From IMG/VR virus record IMGVR_UViG_2585428015_000012: a stretch of DNA of 36,836 nt; one strand, 5' to 3'. Position numbers and translations under genes: made by a program. This DNA is from a virus. Taxonomy: Duplodnaviria > Heunggongvirae > Uroviricota > Caudoviricetes. Positions 1 to 8,430 of this stretch are shown here, piece after piece. The stretch's first letter is position 1; every line of letters begins with the position of its first letter. The notes under the pieces were generated by a model. That model did not search any database. It saw only the letters and a program-made list of their open reading frames with translations, and was not told where the DNA came from.

Positions 1-426
1 ATGGAATTACAGGACTGGCGAAAAGAACCTCGTAAAAACTATTCGAATGAATTCAAACTTCGTATGGTGGAACTGGCATCACAACCTGGAGCTTGTGTTG
101 CACAGATTGCACGTGAAAATGGCGTCAATGATAATGTTATTTTCAAATGGCTCAGGCTCTGGCAGAACGAAGGGCGTGTTTCGCGGCGTCTTCCGGTAAC
201 GACCTCTTCTGACACTGGCGTTGAATTATTACCTGTAGAAATAACGCCGGATGAGCAGAAAGAACCTGTGGCGGCCATTGCGCCGTCTTTATCCACTTCC
301 ACTCAGACCAGAGTCAGTGCCAGTTCCTGCAAGGTGGAATTCCGTCACGGTAACATGACGCTGGAAAATCCATCGCCAGAGCTGCTCACAGTGTTGATCC
401 GTGAACTGACCGGGAGGGGAAGATGA
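1..426 (+). CDS. IS66 orf1 (TnpA-like small HTH protein)
   Basis: 141 aa ORF, first gene of IS66-type triplet; stop overlaps next ORF start (ATGA). Confidence 0.75.
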   Translation: MELQDWRKEPRKNYSNEFKLRMVELASQPGACVAQIARENGVNDNVIFKWLRLWQNEGRVSRRLPVTTSSDTGVELLPVEITPDEQKEPVAAIAPSLSTSTQTRVSASSCKVEFRHGNMTLENPSPELLTVLIRELTGRGR

Positions 427-773
427 TCTCACTCCCATCAGGTACCCGTATCTGGCTCGTTGCCGGCGTTACCGATATGCGTAAATCCTTCAACGGACTG
501 GGAGAACAGGTACAACATGTGCTGAATGATAATCCCTTCTCCGGTCACCTGTTTATCTTCCGTGGCCGACGGGGTGACACCGTCAAAATTCTTTGGGCTG
601 ATGCTGATGGTCTGTGCCTGTTCACCAAACGCCTGGAGGAAGGCCAGTTTATCTGGCCTGCGGTACGTGACGGCAAGGTATCCATTACCCGCTCGCAACT
701 GGCAATGCTCCTCGATAAGCTGGACTGGCGTCAGCCAAAAACATCCAGCCGTAACTCACTGACAATGTTGTAA
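423..773 (+). CDS. IS66 orf2 (TnpB-like accessory protein)
   Basis: 116 aa ORF overlapping orf1 stop; matches the size and position of IS66 Orf2. Confidence 0.75.
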   Translation: MISLPSGTRIWLVAGVTDMRKSFNGLGEQVQHVLNDNPFSGHLFIFRGRRGDTVKILWADADGLCLFTKRLEEGQFIWPAVRDGKVSITRSQLAMLLDKLDWRQPKTSSRNSLTML

Positions 774-803
774 AAAACTCCTGACCGCATTATAAAAACG
801 GTC

Positions 804-2417
804 ATGAGTCAGAAATACCTCATTCGCATCGCAGAGCTGGAAAGGTTGCTCTCTGAGCAGGCTGAAGCCCTCCGTCAGAAAGACCAGCAACTGAGTCTGG
901 TTGAAGAGACGGAAGCCTTCCTGCGCTCTGCACTGACACGTGCCGAAGAAAAGATCGAAGAAGATGAACGGGAAATAGAACATCTGCGGGCTCAGATAGA
1001 AAAACTGCGCCGGATGCTGTTCGGTACCCGTTCTGAAAAACTGCGTCGTGAAGTTGAACTGGCTGAGGCTCTGCTGAAACAACGTGAACAGGACAGCGAT
1101 CGTTACAGTGGGCGGGAAGACGATCCTCAGGTTCCCCGCCAGTTGCGACAGTCGCGCCATCGTCGTCCGTTACCGGCACACCTTCCCCGTGAAATACACC
1201 GCCTGGAGCCAGAAGAAAGCTGTTGCCCGGAGTGTGGCGGTGAGCTGGATTATCTGGGGGAAGTCAGCGCTGAACAGCTGGAACTGGTGAGCAGTGCCCT
1301 GAAAGTGATCCGCACAGAACGGGTAAAAAAAGCCTGTACAAAATGTGACTGTATTGTTGAAGCACCGGCGCCGTCCCGCCCGATAGAGCGTGGTATCGCG
1401 GGCCCCGGATTACTTGCCCGCGTGTTAACGGGAAAATACTGCGAACATCTGCCACTGTATCGTCAGAGTGAAATCTTTGCCCGCCAGGGTGTCGAACTGA
1501 GCCGGGCCTTACTCTCCAACTGGGTTGACGCGTGCTGCCAGTTAATGACACCGGTGAATGATGCCCTGTACCGTTATGTAATGAACACCCGCAAGGTTCA
1601 CACTGATGACACACCGGTAAAGGTACTGGCACCGGGTCAGAAAAAGGCGAAAACAGGGCGTATCTGGACGTATGTCCGGGATGATCGCAATGTGGGTTCG
1701 TCATCTCCTCCAGCGGTCTGGTTCGCGTACTCGCCGAACCGGCAGGGGAAACACCCGGAGCAACACCTCCGCCCCTTCCGGGGTATCCTGCAGGCGGATG
1801 CGTTCACAGGTTACGACAGGTTGTTCAGTGCAGAACGTGAAGGTGGTGCACTGACAGAAGTTGCGTGCTGGGCCCATGCCCGGCGAAAAATCCACGATGT
1901 ATACATCAGCAGCAAAAGTGCGACGGCAGAAGAAGCCCTGAAGCGAATCAGTGAACTGTACGCCATCGAGGATGAAATACGGGGATTACCGGAGTCAGAG
2001 CGTCTTGCCGTCAGGCAGCAGCGAAGCAAAGTGTTACTGACGTCGCTGCATGAATGGATGGTGGAGAAGAATGGTACGCTGTCGAAAAAATCCAGACTGG
2101 GCGAAGCGTTCAGCTATGTACTGAATCAGTGGGATGCCCTCTGTTATTACAGTGATGACGGTCTGGCGGAGGCGGATAATAATGCTGCGGAAAGAGCGCT
2201 TCGTGCAGTCTGTCTCGGAAAGAAAAACTTTATGTTCTTTGGCAGCGATCACGGCGGCGAGCGTGGAGCACTGTTGTACGGGCTGATCGGCACCTGCCGT
2301 CTGAACGGTATCGATCCGGAAGCGTATCTGCGCCATATCCTGAGCGTACTGCCGGAATGGCCTTCCAACCGAGTTGACGAACTCCTGCCATGGAACGTAG
2401 TACTCACCAATAAATAA
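804..2417 (+). CDS. IS66-family transposase (TnpC)
   Basis: 537 aa; N-terminal coiled-coil/leucine-zipper-like region, CPECGGEL...CTKCDC zinc-finger-like motif, acidic-residue-containing core; third ORF of the IS66 triplet. Confidence 0.85.
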   Translation: MSQKYLIRIAELERLLSEQAEALRQKDQQLSLVEETEAFLRSALTRAEEKIEEDEREIEHLRAQIEKLRRMLFGTRSEKLRREVELAEALLKQREQDSDRYSGREDDPQVPRQLRQSRHRRPLPAHLPREIHRLEPEESCCPECGGELDYLGEVSAEQLELVSSALKVIRTERVKKACTKCDCIVEAPAPSRPIERGIAGPGLLARVLTGKYCEHLPLYRQSEIFARQGVELSRALLSNWVDACCQLMTPVNDALYRYVMNTRKVHTDDTPVKVLAPGQKKAKTGRIWTYVRDDRNVGSSSPPAVWFAYSPNRQGKHPEQHLRPFRGILQADAFTGYDRLFSAEREGGALTEVACWAHARRKIHDVYISSKSATAEEALKRISELYAIEDEIRGLPESERLAVRQQRSKVLLTSLHEWMVEKNGTLSKKSRLGEAFSYVLNQWDALCYYSDDGLAEADNNAAERALRAVCLGKKNFMFFGSDHGGERGALLYGLIGTCRLNGIDPEAYLRHILSVLPEWPSNRVDELLPWNVVLTNK

Positions 2418-2447
2418 GCGTCAATACGGTGCTCCGTTGACGCTTAC
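2418..2447. repeat. IS66 right terminal inverted repeat (contains an internal dyad GCGTCAA..TTGACGC)
   Basis: Sequence read directly; begins immediately after the transposase stop and ends with ...CGCTTAC (GTAAGCG on the other strand). Confidence 0.6.
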
Positions 2448-3535
2448 AAATTACCTGCGTAATGAGAAAAACTTGTACCATCCTGCCGTGAAAGCAGATC
2501 GCGCCCTGTATCCACTTTTCGCCCGTCGTCCCATCCACGGATAAACTCACCGCGTAAATCGGGAAGACGGAGGGTCGGGTAGACTCTGGCCAGAACAGGA
2601 TATTGTTCTTTTGTAAAGGCGCGCCCGTCGCACTTTAACCAGCCTGCTGGCGGTGTGGCAGTGGGCCACGGAACAGGTACACCAACGGGCAGCGCCGAGC
2701 CTTCCCCCAAACCAAGGTAATTGAGGACATCTTTTATACTGCCCTTAGCGATAATAGCGCGACCAATAGCTGTAAGGGTTGCCAGCTCTGCGCGGTCTGC
2801 TCCGGTAAAATAAGGCAACCGATCTGCTGCAGTGGCAAGTCCTGCCAGAGCAGTGAGCGTGGCATCTGCCGGTTGTTTTCCGTTTGCCAGATCGTATGCA
2901 GCCTTGACCGCTTTCGGTGTGGCGGCCAGTATTTCAGACGTGCTGTTGATGGCACTGCTCAATTGTACGGTGCCTTTTGCCGTCAGCGAGGCAGCAGGCA
3001 CTCCCGTTATCTGACTCCACGGGTGAGTGTGGCTGACGGGCGCCTTGCCGGCTGCAAGGTCGTATGCAGCCTTGACCGCCTTCGGCGTGGCAGCCTCAGT
3101 TTCTGATTGACTGTCCGTGGCGCTGCTCAGTTGTACGGTGCCTTTTGCCGTCAGTGAAGCCGCAGGCACTCCCGTTATCTGACTCCACGGGTGAGTGTGG
3201 CTGGCAGGCGCCTTGCCGGCTGCCAGGTCGTATGCAGCCTTGACCGCTTTTGGTGTGGCGGCCAGCGTTTCAGAGGTGCTGTTGGTGGCACTGCTCAGTT
3301 GGGTGAACCCCTTAGCTGTCAGTGTCGCGTCCGGGTGGTTACGGGAACGTACGTGTTCAGCCAGTGACTGTGCGGCTTCCTCCGTTTTCTTCTTCAGCCA
3401 TTTCGTCCTGTTTGCCAGTTGCCGGGGGGCTCGATTTGATATCCCGTCTGCACCACCCAGAACCGGATCTGATGTCTCCAGTTGATAGATATTTTCTTCC
3501 CACTTTTCTGTTTCATTCAGGTTTCCCATAATCAA
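2444..3535 (-). CDS. Phage tail fibre protein, 3'-truncated by the IS66 insertion (stop codon lies inside the IS terminal repeat)
   Basis: 363 aa ORF with three tandem ~56 aa repeats (TAKG.VQLSSAT.S.SET.AATPKAVKAAYDLA) and a C-terminal segment matching the phage tail-collar pattern (GWLKCDG...LPDLRGEFIRGW) that breaks off where the IS begins. Confidence 0.75.
   Translation of the reverse strand: MIMGNLNETEKWEENIYQLETSDPVLGGADGISNRAPRQLANRTKWLKKKTEEAAQSLAEHVRSRNHPDATLTAKGFTQLSSATNSTSETLAATPKAVKAAYDLAAGKAPASHTHPWSQITGVPAASLTAKGTVQLSSATDSQSETEAATPKAVKAAYDLAAGKAPVSHTHPWSQITGVPAASLTAKGTVQLSSAINSTSEILAATPKAVKAAYDLANGKQPADATLTALAGLATAADRLPYFTGADRAELATLTAIGRAIIAKGSIKDVLNYLGLGEGSALPVGVPVPWPTATPPAGWLKCDGRAFTKEQYPVLARVYPTLRLPDLRGEFIRGWDDGRKVDTGRDLLSRQDGTSFSHYAGNL
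2860..3340. repeat. Three tandem ~168 bp in-frame repeats inside the tail fibre gene
   Basis: Motif cgtatgcagccttgaccgc recurs at 2893, 3061 and 3229 (168 bp spacing); flanking sequence also repeats. Confidence 0.8.
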
Positions 3536-4110
3536 CTGCTCCCGTGGTTATAACTGCCATCATGGATGGCGGTATTGTTATAGCGAATGGCCACAGACTG
3601 ATACTCCAGGCTGGCCAGATGGCAGCGGGCCGGTGCAAATGCAGCCAGCGTCTGACGCAGCATCGCGGCCTGATCGTTAGTAATGGGCTGTTTCAGAATA
3701 ACGCGATAAACTGCCCAGGCGGCTGCATCTCCATGAACAAACAGTCCGTTATAGCTGCGATTGCCGTCGTAACTGAGACGACCTGTGCCTTCAATCAGAT
3801 CCACTTCACCAAAGCCAAAACGGCGGATAACTTCCCGGATTGACCACGGCGTCCCTTTATACCGGTGCAGTTCGATGGCTGCTTTTATAAGCATGCGGCG
3901 AACATCGTCCGATTCCGCCAGCTCCCAGCCATCGCCAGACAGTGAGAACTGCTCGCCCAGCCATGGCAGCGCGGAACTGTCGACGATATCGACGAGAAAG
4001 ACCATCAGTACGCTCAGGTCGATGTTATCCAGCCGTCCTGCCAGTCTTCCCAGCGTCCTGAGACTGATATCACCCTCAAGCGGTGGCGGGAGTTGTAATG
4101 GCTCAGTCAT
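3532..4110 (-). CDS. Phage tail protein (Mu gp48 / P2 gpI-like)
   Basis: 192 aa ORF between baseplate J-like gene and tail fibre, overlapping both; position and size match the Mu/P2 tail protein I. Confidence 0.65.
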   Translation of the reverse strand: MTEPLQLPPPLEGDISLRTLGRLAGRLDNIDLSVLMVFLVDIVDSSALPWLGEQFSLSGDGWELAESDDVRRMLIKAAIELHRYKGTPWSIREVIRRFGFGEVDLIEGTGRLSYDGNRSYNGLFVHGDAAAWAVYRVILKQPITNDQAAMLRQTLAAFAPARCHLASLEYQSVAIRYNNTAIHDGSYNHGSS

Positions 4111-5206
4111 CAGACACTCCAGTCATGTTAAGAGTGATTGCCGTACAGTTTGCCCATTCGTTTTCTGCCACCACCCGCAGTGCCGGTGTCACCAGTTCAA
4201 CCTGGTACACCCCGGAAACGGACAATGCACTGATAATCTGGCTGGGGACAATATCGCGCCCCAGCGTGGCGGCACGTGATGCCACCCAGTTCTGTATGGC
4301 GCTGTTAGCGGCATCTTTTACAGACCTGGCATCCTGATCACGATAGATCGTAATCCTGGCTTCAATGGTGTAATCCACCTTCACTGGTGTTTTAGCCCGC
4401 ACTGTATCAGTGAGTGGCCTGACTTTCTCATCAGAGCAGAAACTCTCTACCAGCGTGAGAACACCGCCGTCCGGCAGACCGGTACTGAGCAGCGGATACA
4501 GATCTACGGTCCCGGGAACCGGGGAAAGCACAGCAACATCGACAATGTTGGGATGGGCCTGCATGGCATGAAAGCGGTATGCGCCACGGCTTCCGGCATT
4601 GGTGAATGACTCCGGGGCCAGCCTGATACGCTCCCGGAGCCTGTCATCGTCTTCCTGTTCTGAACCGCCGGAACTGGCCATCAGATTGCTCACCAGCAGG
4701 TTAACGTTATCAATCTCATCGAGTAACTGACTGACCTGCGCAGGTTGCCAGCCGTTACCAGCGGTACCGGGTTCGGTACAGGTGGCCGTGACATTGACCA
4801 GCAGCAATCCGGCCTTCAGTACCACATCTGTATCGGTGGCAAAAATAACGCTGTCGGAAGCGCTGACGCGGGTGCCTGCCGGGATCAGCACATCAATGGC
4901 CAGTGCCTCATCTACGGAGAACTGGAGCGTGGTGGTGGCAGGCTGCGCGGCAAGACGGTATACACCGACCAGTTCACCGAGGTAATCAATCATCGGCTCA
5001 CGGGCAAAGGCGACCAGATTCTGCTTTGCTGCCTCCTGTACCGCAACCCTGACCAGCATTTCGCGATAGGCCCACAGATCAATCAGCAGACGTTCTGCCT
5101 GTGCCGGGTACAGCGTTTTGCCGGTATCCGCTTCATACTTCGCAATCATTTCTGCCGTGATTTTGTCGGCATCGCGTTCAATAAAATCGGGTTCTGTCAG
5201 CGCCAT
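4103..5206 (-). CDS. Baseplate J-like protein (Mu gp47-like)
   Basis: 367 aa ORF in the conserved baseplate position; overlapping neighbours. Confidence 0.75.
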   Translation of the reverse strand: MALTEPDFIERDADKITAEMIAKYEADTGKTLYPAQAERLLIDLWAYREMLVRVAVQEAAKQNLVAFAREPMIDYLGELVGVYRLAAQPATTTLQFSVDEALAIDVLIPAGTRVSASDSVIFATDTDVVLKAGLLLVNVTATCTEPGTAGNGWQPAQVSQLLDEIDNVNLLVSNLMASSGGSEQEDDDRLRERIRLAPESFTNAGSRGAYRFHAMQAHPNIVDVAVLSPVPGTVDLYPLLSTGLPDGGVLTLVESFCSDEKVRPLTDTVRAKTPVKVDYTIEARITIYRDQDARSVKDAANSAIQNWVASRAATLGRDIVPSQIISALSVSGVYQVELVTPALRVVAENEWANCTAITLNMTGVSDD

Positions 5207-5544
5207 AGCAGCTCCTGAGTCCGGGTCTGTCCGTCTGAGCCTTTCCAGCTCACCCGGAGCGTAAGATGTTCGCCGTCGACGGCGGGTTTAACTGACATAA
5301 GCTGGCAGCGGGGCTCCCAGCGCCGGATGGCATCGACGGATTCGCGCACCACATGCGGAATGGCCCGGTCTACAGGCCAGTCGATATAAAGATGCAGATT
5401 GCTGCCGAACTCCGGGCGATGCGGGTCGCTGCCGCGGGGAGTCCGCAGGATAATTTGAATCGCCTGCCGGATATCATCCAGCCCCCGGACAATTTCGCCG
5501 GGAGCCTGCAGGGCTGGTTGCCAGAATACTGAGGTTGTTTTCAT
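5197..5544 (-). CDS. Baseplate wedge protein (GP46 / gpW / T4 gp25-like)
   Basis: 115 aa ORF immediately upstream of the J-like gene, typical size and synteny. Confidence 0.65.
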   Translation of the reverse strand: MKTTSVFWQPALQAPGEIVRGLDDIRQAIQIILRTPRGSDPHRPEFGSNLHLYIDWPVDRAIPHVVRESVDAIRRWEPRCQLMSVKPAVDGEHLTLRVSWKGSDGQTRTQELLWR

Positions 5545-5598
5545 GGGGGCAGTATTGCCCCCGTGCGGGAACGCTGATATTAAAGGCGTTTAAAAAGC

Positions 5599-6195
5599 TC
5601 AGTGGGAGTGGTGGCTGGAGTTTTCGCCATCAGACAACATACTGCCCGTGGCATGGACATTCCCTTTAATCTCGATATTGCCATGGATGGTCGCGGTAAC
5701 ACCTTCACCACCAGAACCCGCCATGCCTCCTTCGTAAATCAGCTTACCCCTGACACGCAGATCTCCGGTAAGTTCGGTTTCCGGTGCGTCAATCGTGGCT
5801 TTCTGTGTTTTCAATACCACATCAGCACCACACTCAATGACAATATGCTCAATGCCGCCCCGGATGATCAGAGTGTGCGTCTTCCGGTTGTAGCTGTACT
5901 CTGCACCATCAGCAAACCGGGTTCCCCGGATATTTTTGTCACTGAACGGTGGTTTATCGACGTCTGAATACACCGCGCCCAGAATAACACCATCCTCGCC
6001 GTTGGCATCGAGCAGCACCTCAACCTGCTCCCCCACGTCAGGGAGCCAGTAATCTTTGTTATCCTGGGTATTGCGCTGCAGCACGTTAAGCCAGTTTGTG
6101 CGCAGGTTATCGCATTCAGGCAGACGAACGCGGGCCTGAACCCTGTCGGCATCAACGGCACTGACCGTACCGACCTGACGAGTGACACCAGTCAT
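5599..6195 (-). CDS. Baseplate assembly protein V / central spike (Mu gp45-like)
   Basis: 198 aa ORF; synteny between the gpD-like and gpW-like genes. Confidence 0.65.
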   Translation of the reverse strand: MTGVTRQVGTVSAVDADRVQARVRLPECDNLRTNWLNVLQRNTQDNKDYWLPDVGEQVEVLLDANGEDGVILGAVYSDVDKPPFSDKNIRGTRFADGAEYSYNRKTHTLIIRGGIEHIVIECGADVVLKTQKATIDAPETELTGDLRVRGKLIYEGGMAGSGGEGVTATIHGNIEIKGNVHATGSMLSDGENSSHHSH

Positions 6196-7346
6196 TTTTT
6201 CTTCTCCTTAATCACCGTCGATGTACTGCCATCCGGGTGATAAACCGTGAGTTTCTGAGTTTTTTGTTTTTTCCCTCTTGTGACTGGCCCCCGTGCCACT
6301 TCCAGCTCTGTGGTGTAGCCGCTGTTACGGTCAAACGCATGGCGGGCAGTGGTTATGAGCCATGGCCCGGATAACTGCCCAAAACTCACCAGTTCAATTT
6401 TGTTGCCTGCTGTCAGTTGAGGTGTTCCCGTCAGCGTCAGGGAGCCGTTCTGCTGGTATTCGTTATGTCTGGCCAGTGCTGAATCCGCTTTAATCCGGGC
6501 ACTGTCCGGGTCGCTGACGCGGCTGTTAACTTTAAGTGAGTCAGCGCTGGTAACCTTACCACCTTTGAGCTTTTTGTCGCTTTCACGGGTACCACCATCA
6601 GCTTCGTAGACGATCAGTTTTTTACTGCTGCTTTTCTGGTGTTTTACCTTTGCAGATTTATAGACCCGGTTGATGGTGTCACGCAGGGAAAAGCGGGCCA
6701 CATCCTGCGGTTTTAACTGCCTGACCGGCTCCTGACTGCGCAGTGTGGCCAGATGAGAAAAAATCAGCTGGTCACTGACCACTTTCACTGCATAACCATA
6801 CTCGCTGGCCAGCCGGCGCAGAAAACCCACGTCGGTTTCAGCATACTGGGTCACCCGGTCGATTCTGATGGACTCAATGCTGCCCACCAGTTTCAGCCGG
6901 TGCTTTCTGGCAATCCGCCCCGCAACAGCTGCCAGCGTGGTGTTCTCAAAACCACGACTGGTTTTAGTCCGCAGGGCACTGTTAACCGAGGTGGCCACCC
7001 CACGGATAGAAACAACGGAAGCGGGCGAACTCACTTCGATCTCGTCTATAGAGAACGTACCGCAGGACAGCAGCTTCTCGCCCTGATAGCCCATTTTCAG
7101 CGTCAGCGTGTCACCCTTGCCCGGATACCATTTATCCAGCCAGCGGCCATCGGTGTCGTCCAGCTCCACCTCAATGGTATCGGACTCATTTTTGATGTTA
7201 TCGCTCCAGGTCACACGGGTGACATAAGGCGCGATATCAGAGGTGATGTTTTTCTGCAGATACCACAGAGTGAACACCGGTGTCAGCACATCGCTGACGC
7301 CGGTTAACGCTGATGTGACTTGCGCAGTGCTGTTTATCTCAGCCAT
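6192..7346 (-). CDS. Phage late control D-like / baseplate hub protein (Mu P-like)
   Basis: 384 aa ORF following the tail X-like and tape measure genes in the conserved myovirus tail order. Confidence 0.65.
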   Translation of the reverse strand: MAEINSTAQVTSALTGVSDVLTPVFTLWYLQKNITSDIAPYVTRVTWSDNIKNESDTIEVELDDTDGRWLDKWYPGKGDTLTLKMGYQGEKLLSCGTFSIDEIEVSSPASVVSIRGVATSVNSALRTKTSRGFENTTLAAVAGRIARKHRLKLVGSIESIRIDRVTQYAETDVGFLRRLASEYGYAVKVVSDQLIFSHLATLRSQEPVRQLKPQDVARFSLRDTINRVYKSAKVKHQKSSSKKLIVYEADGGTRESDKKLKGGKVTSADSLKVNSRVSDPDSARIKADSALARHNEYQQNGSLTLTGTPQLTAGNKIELVSFGQLSGPWLITTARHAFDRNSGYTTELEVARGPVTRGKKQKTQKLTVYHPDGSTSTVIKEKKK

Positions 7347-7549
7347 GGGGCAATATCCTCTTCTGTACGGGCTTCTTCAGCCTCAATCACCGGGATCAGT
7401 AACAACAGCCCGGAGGGCAGCACCGGCGTGATGGCCACGTGCGGATTGGCGGCAATAATCCGGGGATAGCCCAGCGGGTCACCGTAGTACTGCCATGCCA
7501 GCGAATCCCAGCGCTCTCCGTCACGGGTAACATGTTCAAGAAACATCAC
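7334..7549 (-). CDS. Tail protein X-like small protein
   Basis: 71 aa ORF overlapping both neighbours in the position of P2 gpX-like genes. Confidence 0.55.
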   Translation of the reverse strand: MMFLEHVTRDGERWDSLAWQYYGDPLGYPRIIAANPHVAITPVLPSGLLLLIPVIEAEEARTEEDIAPWLR

Positions 7550-8430
7550 ACACTCCTCGTCAGTATTCTGGCGGCCATTGCACTTAATCCCGGAGACATG
7601 CGGTTGAATGCTGTGCCGACGGCGTTAAGCTGCCCGGAAACGGTATCCAGAGCACCTGCAATATTTCTTTTGTCCACACCACTCAGCGCAGACTGTGCCT
7701 GCTGTACATACGTGGCTGCTTCGCTGGCTGTTCTGGCCAGACTGATGGCATCGGGCATGGATTCAGAGAGTGCGTTAAACGCCGGAACACTTTTCCCCAG
7801 AGCCCCGGAGATATTACCCAGTCCGCTCATCAGCCCCGGCACACGGGTCAGTGCGACAACGGGGTTATCCTTCATTTTCTGTGTCACCCGAACGGCGCTG
7901 ATAGTGGTCTGGAGTACAGACTGCGCCTGTTTCGCATAGTTGACGCCGTTGCGGATGAACTGCGCCACCCCTGAAGGTGAAGGTATGGCACCGGAGACCG
8001 CCCCGACACCCGGGAGCTTCGTGCGTATTGCCGGTGGTTGCAGAGGATTTTTCGGGTCACCGGTGTATTCCCGGAGAGACACGGTGGCACTGACAGCCAG
8101 CACGTTGCCGGTACTGTCAGTCTGCTCGCTGGTTGCAGTCACATCGGTGATCACGAACCAGCCGCGATAGTCACCGTTGCCGAAGACCAGCGCCAGTGCC
8201 TGATGGGCTTTCATGGCTGTTCGCAGTCTCGCCAGCTCCACATCGGGTACACAATAATGCTGATGGAAAACCAGAGTTATCTGGATTTCGTCCAGCCTGT
8301 CGCCGACGAACTGCAGACCAGGCTTACCCCCGATGCGGGCATGCTCCGCATAATCGACGCCGAACGTGGCCTCGAAGCCGTCCCAGTAGGTAATCAGCTC
8401 AAACTCAATATCACCCAGTACGGCAAACAT
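7546..8430 (-). CDS. Tail protein with GpU-like N-terminal region (Mu N / DNA circulation protein analogue)
   Basis: 294 aa ORF directly downstream of the tape measure gene (ATGA overlap); N-terminus MFAVLGDIEFEL... resembles the P2 GpU family. Confidence 0.55.
   Translation of the reverse strand: MFAVLGDIEFELITYWDGFEATFGVDYAEHARIGGKPGLQFVGDRLDEIQITLVFHQHYCVPDVELARLRTAMKAHQALALVFGNGDYRGWFVITDVTATSEQTDSTGNVLAVSATVSLREYTGDPKNPLQPPAIRTKLPGVGAVSGAIPSPSGVAQFIRNGVNYAKQAQSVLQTTISAVRVTQKMKDNPVVALTRVPGLMSGLGNISGALGKSVPAFNALSESMPDAISLARTASEAATYVQQAQSALSGVDKRNIAGALDTVSGQLNAVGTAFNRMSPGLSAMAARILTRSV

Larger units (their letters stand above)
1..2447 (+). mobile_element. IS66-family insertion sequence, partial (left end lies upstream of the window); three-ORF organisation with right terminal inverted repeat
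   Basis: Three consecutive plus-strand ORFs with typical IS66 layout (small HTH protein, ~116 aa orf2, ~537 aa DDE transposase with CxxC...CxxC motif); minus-strand reading of the right end begins GTAAGCG, the usual IS66 terminus. Confidence 0.8.

Noticed and set aside
2418-2447. Hairpin GCGTCAA(N12)TTGACGC as a transcription terminator for the IS66 transposase
   Set aside because: It coincides with the IS66 terminal inverted repeat and lacks a following U-tract; better explained as the IS end.
2860-3340. Possible CRISPR array suggested by regularly spaced repeats (here and at 9030..9550)
   Set aside because: Repeat units are 168 bp and 258 bp, lie in frame inside long structural genes, and have no short unique spacers; they are coding tandem duplications.
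5545-5562. Hairpin GGGGGCA-GTAT-TGCCCCC between two baseplate genes as a terminator
   Set aside because: No U-rich tract on either strand and it lies inside a co-transcribed operon; more likely a minor mRNA structure.
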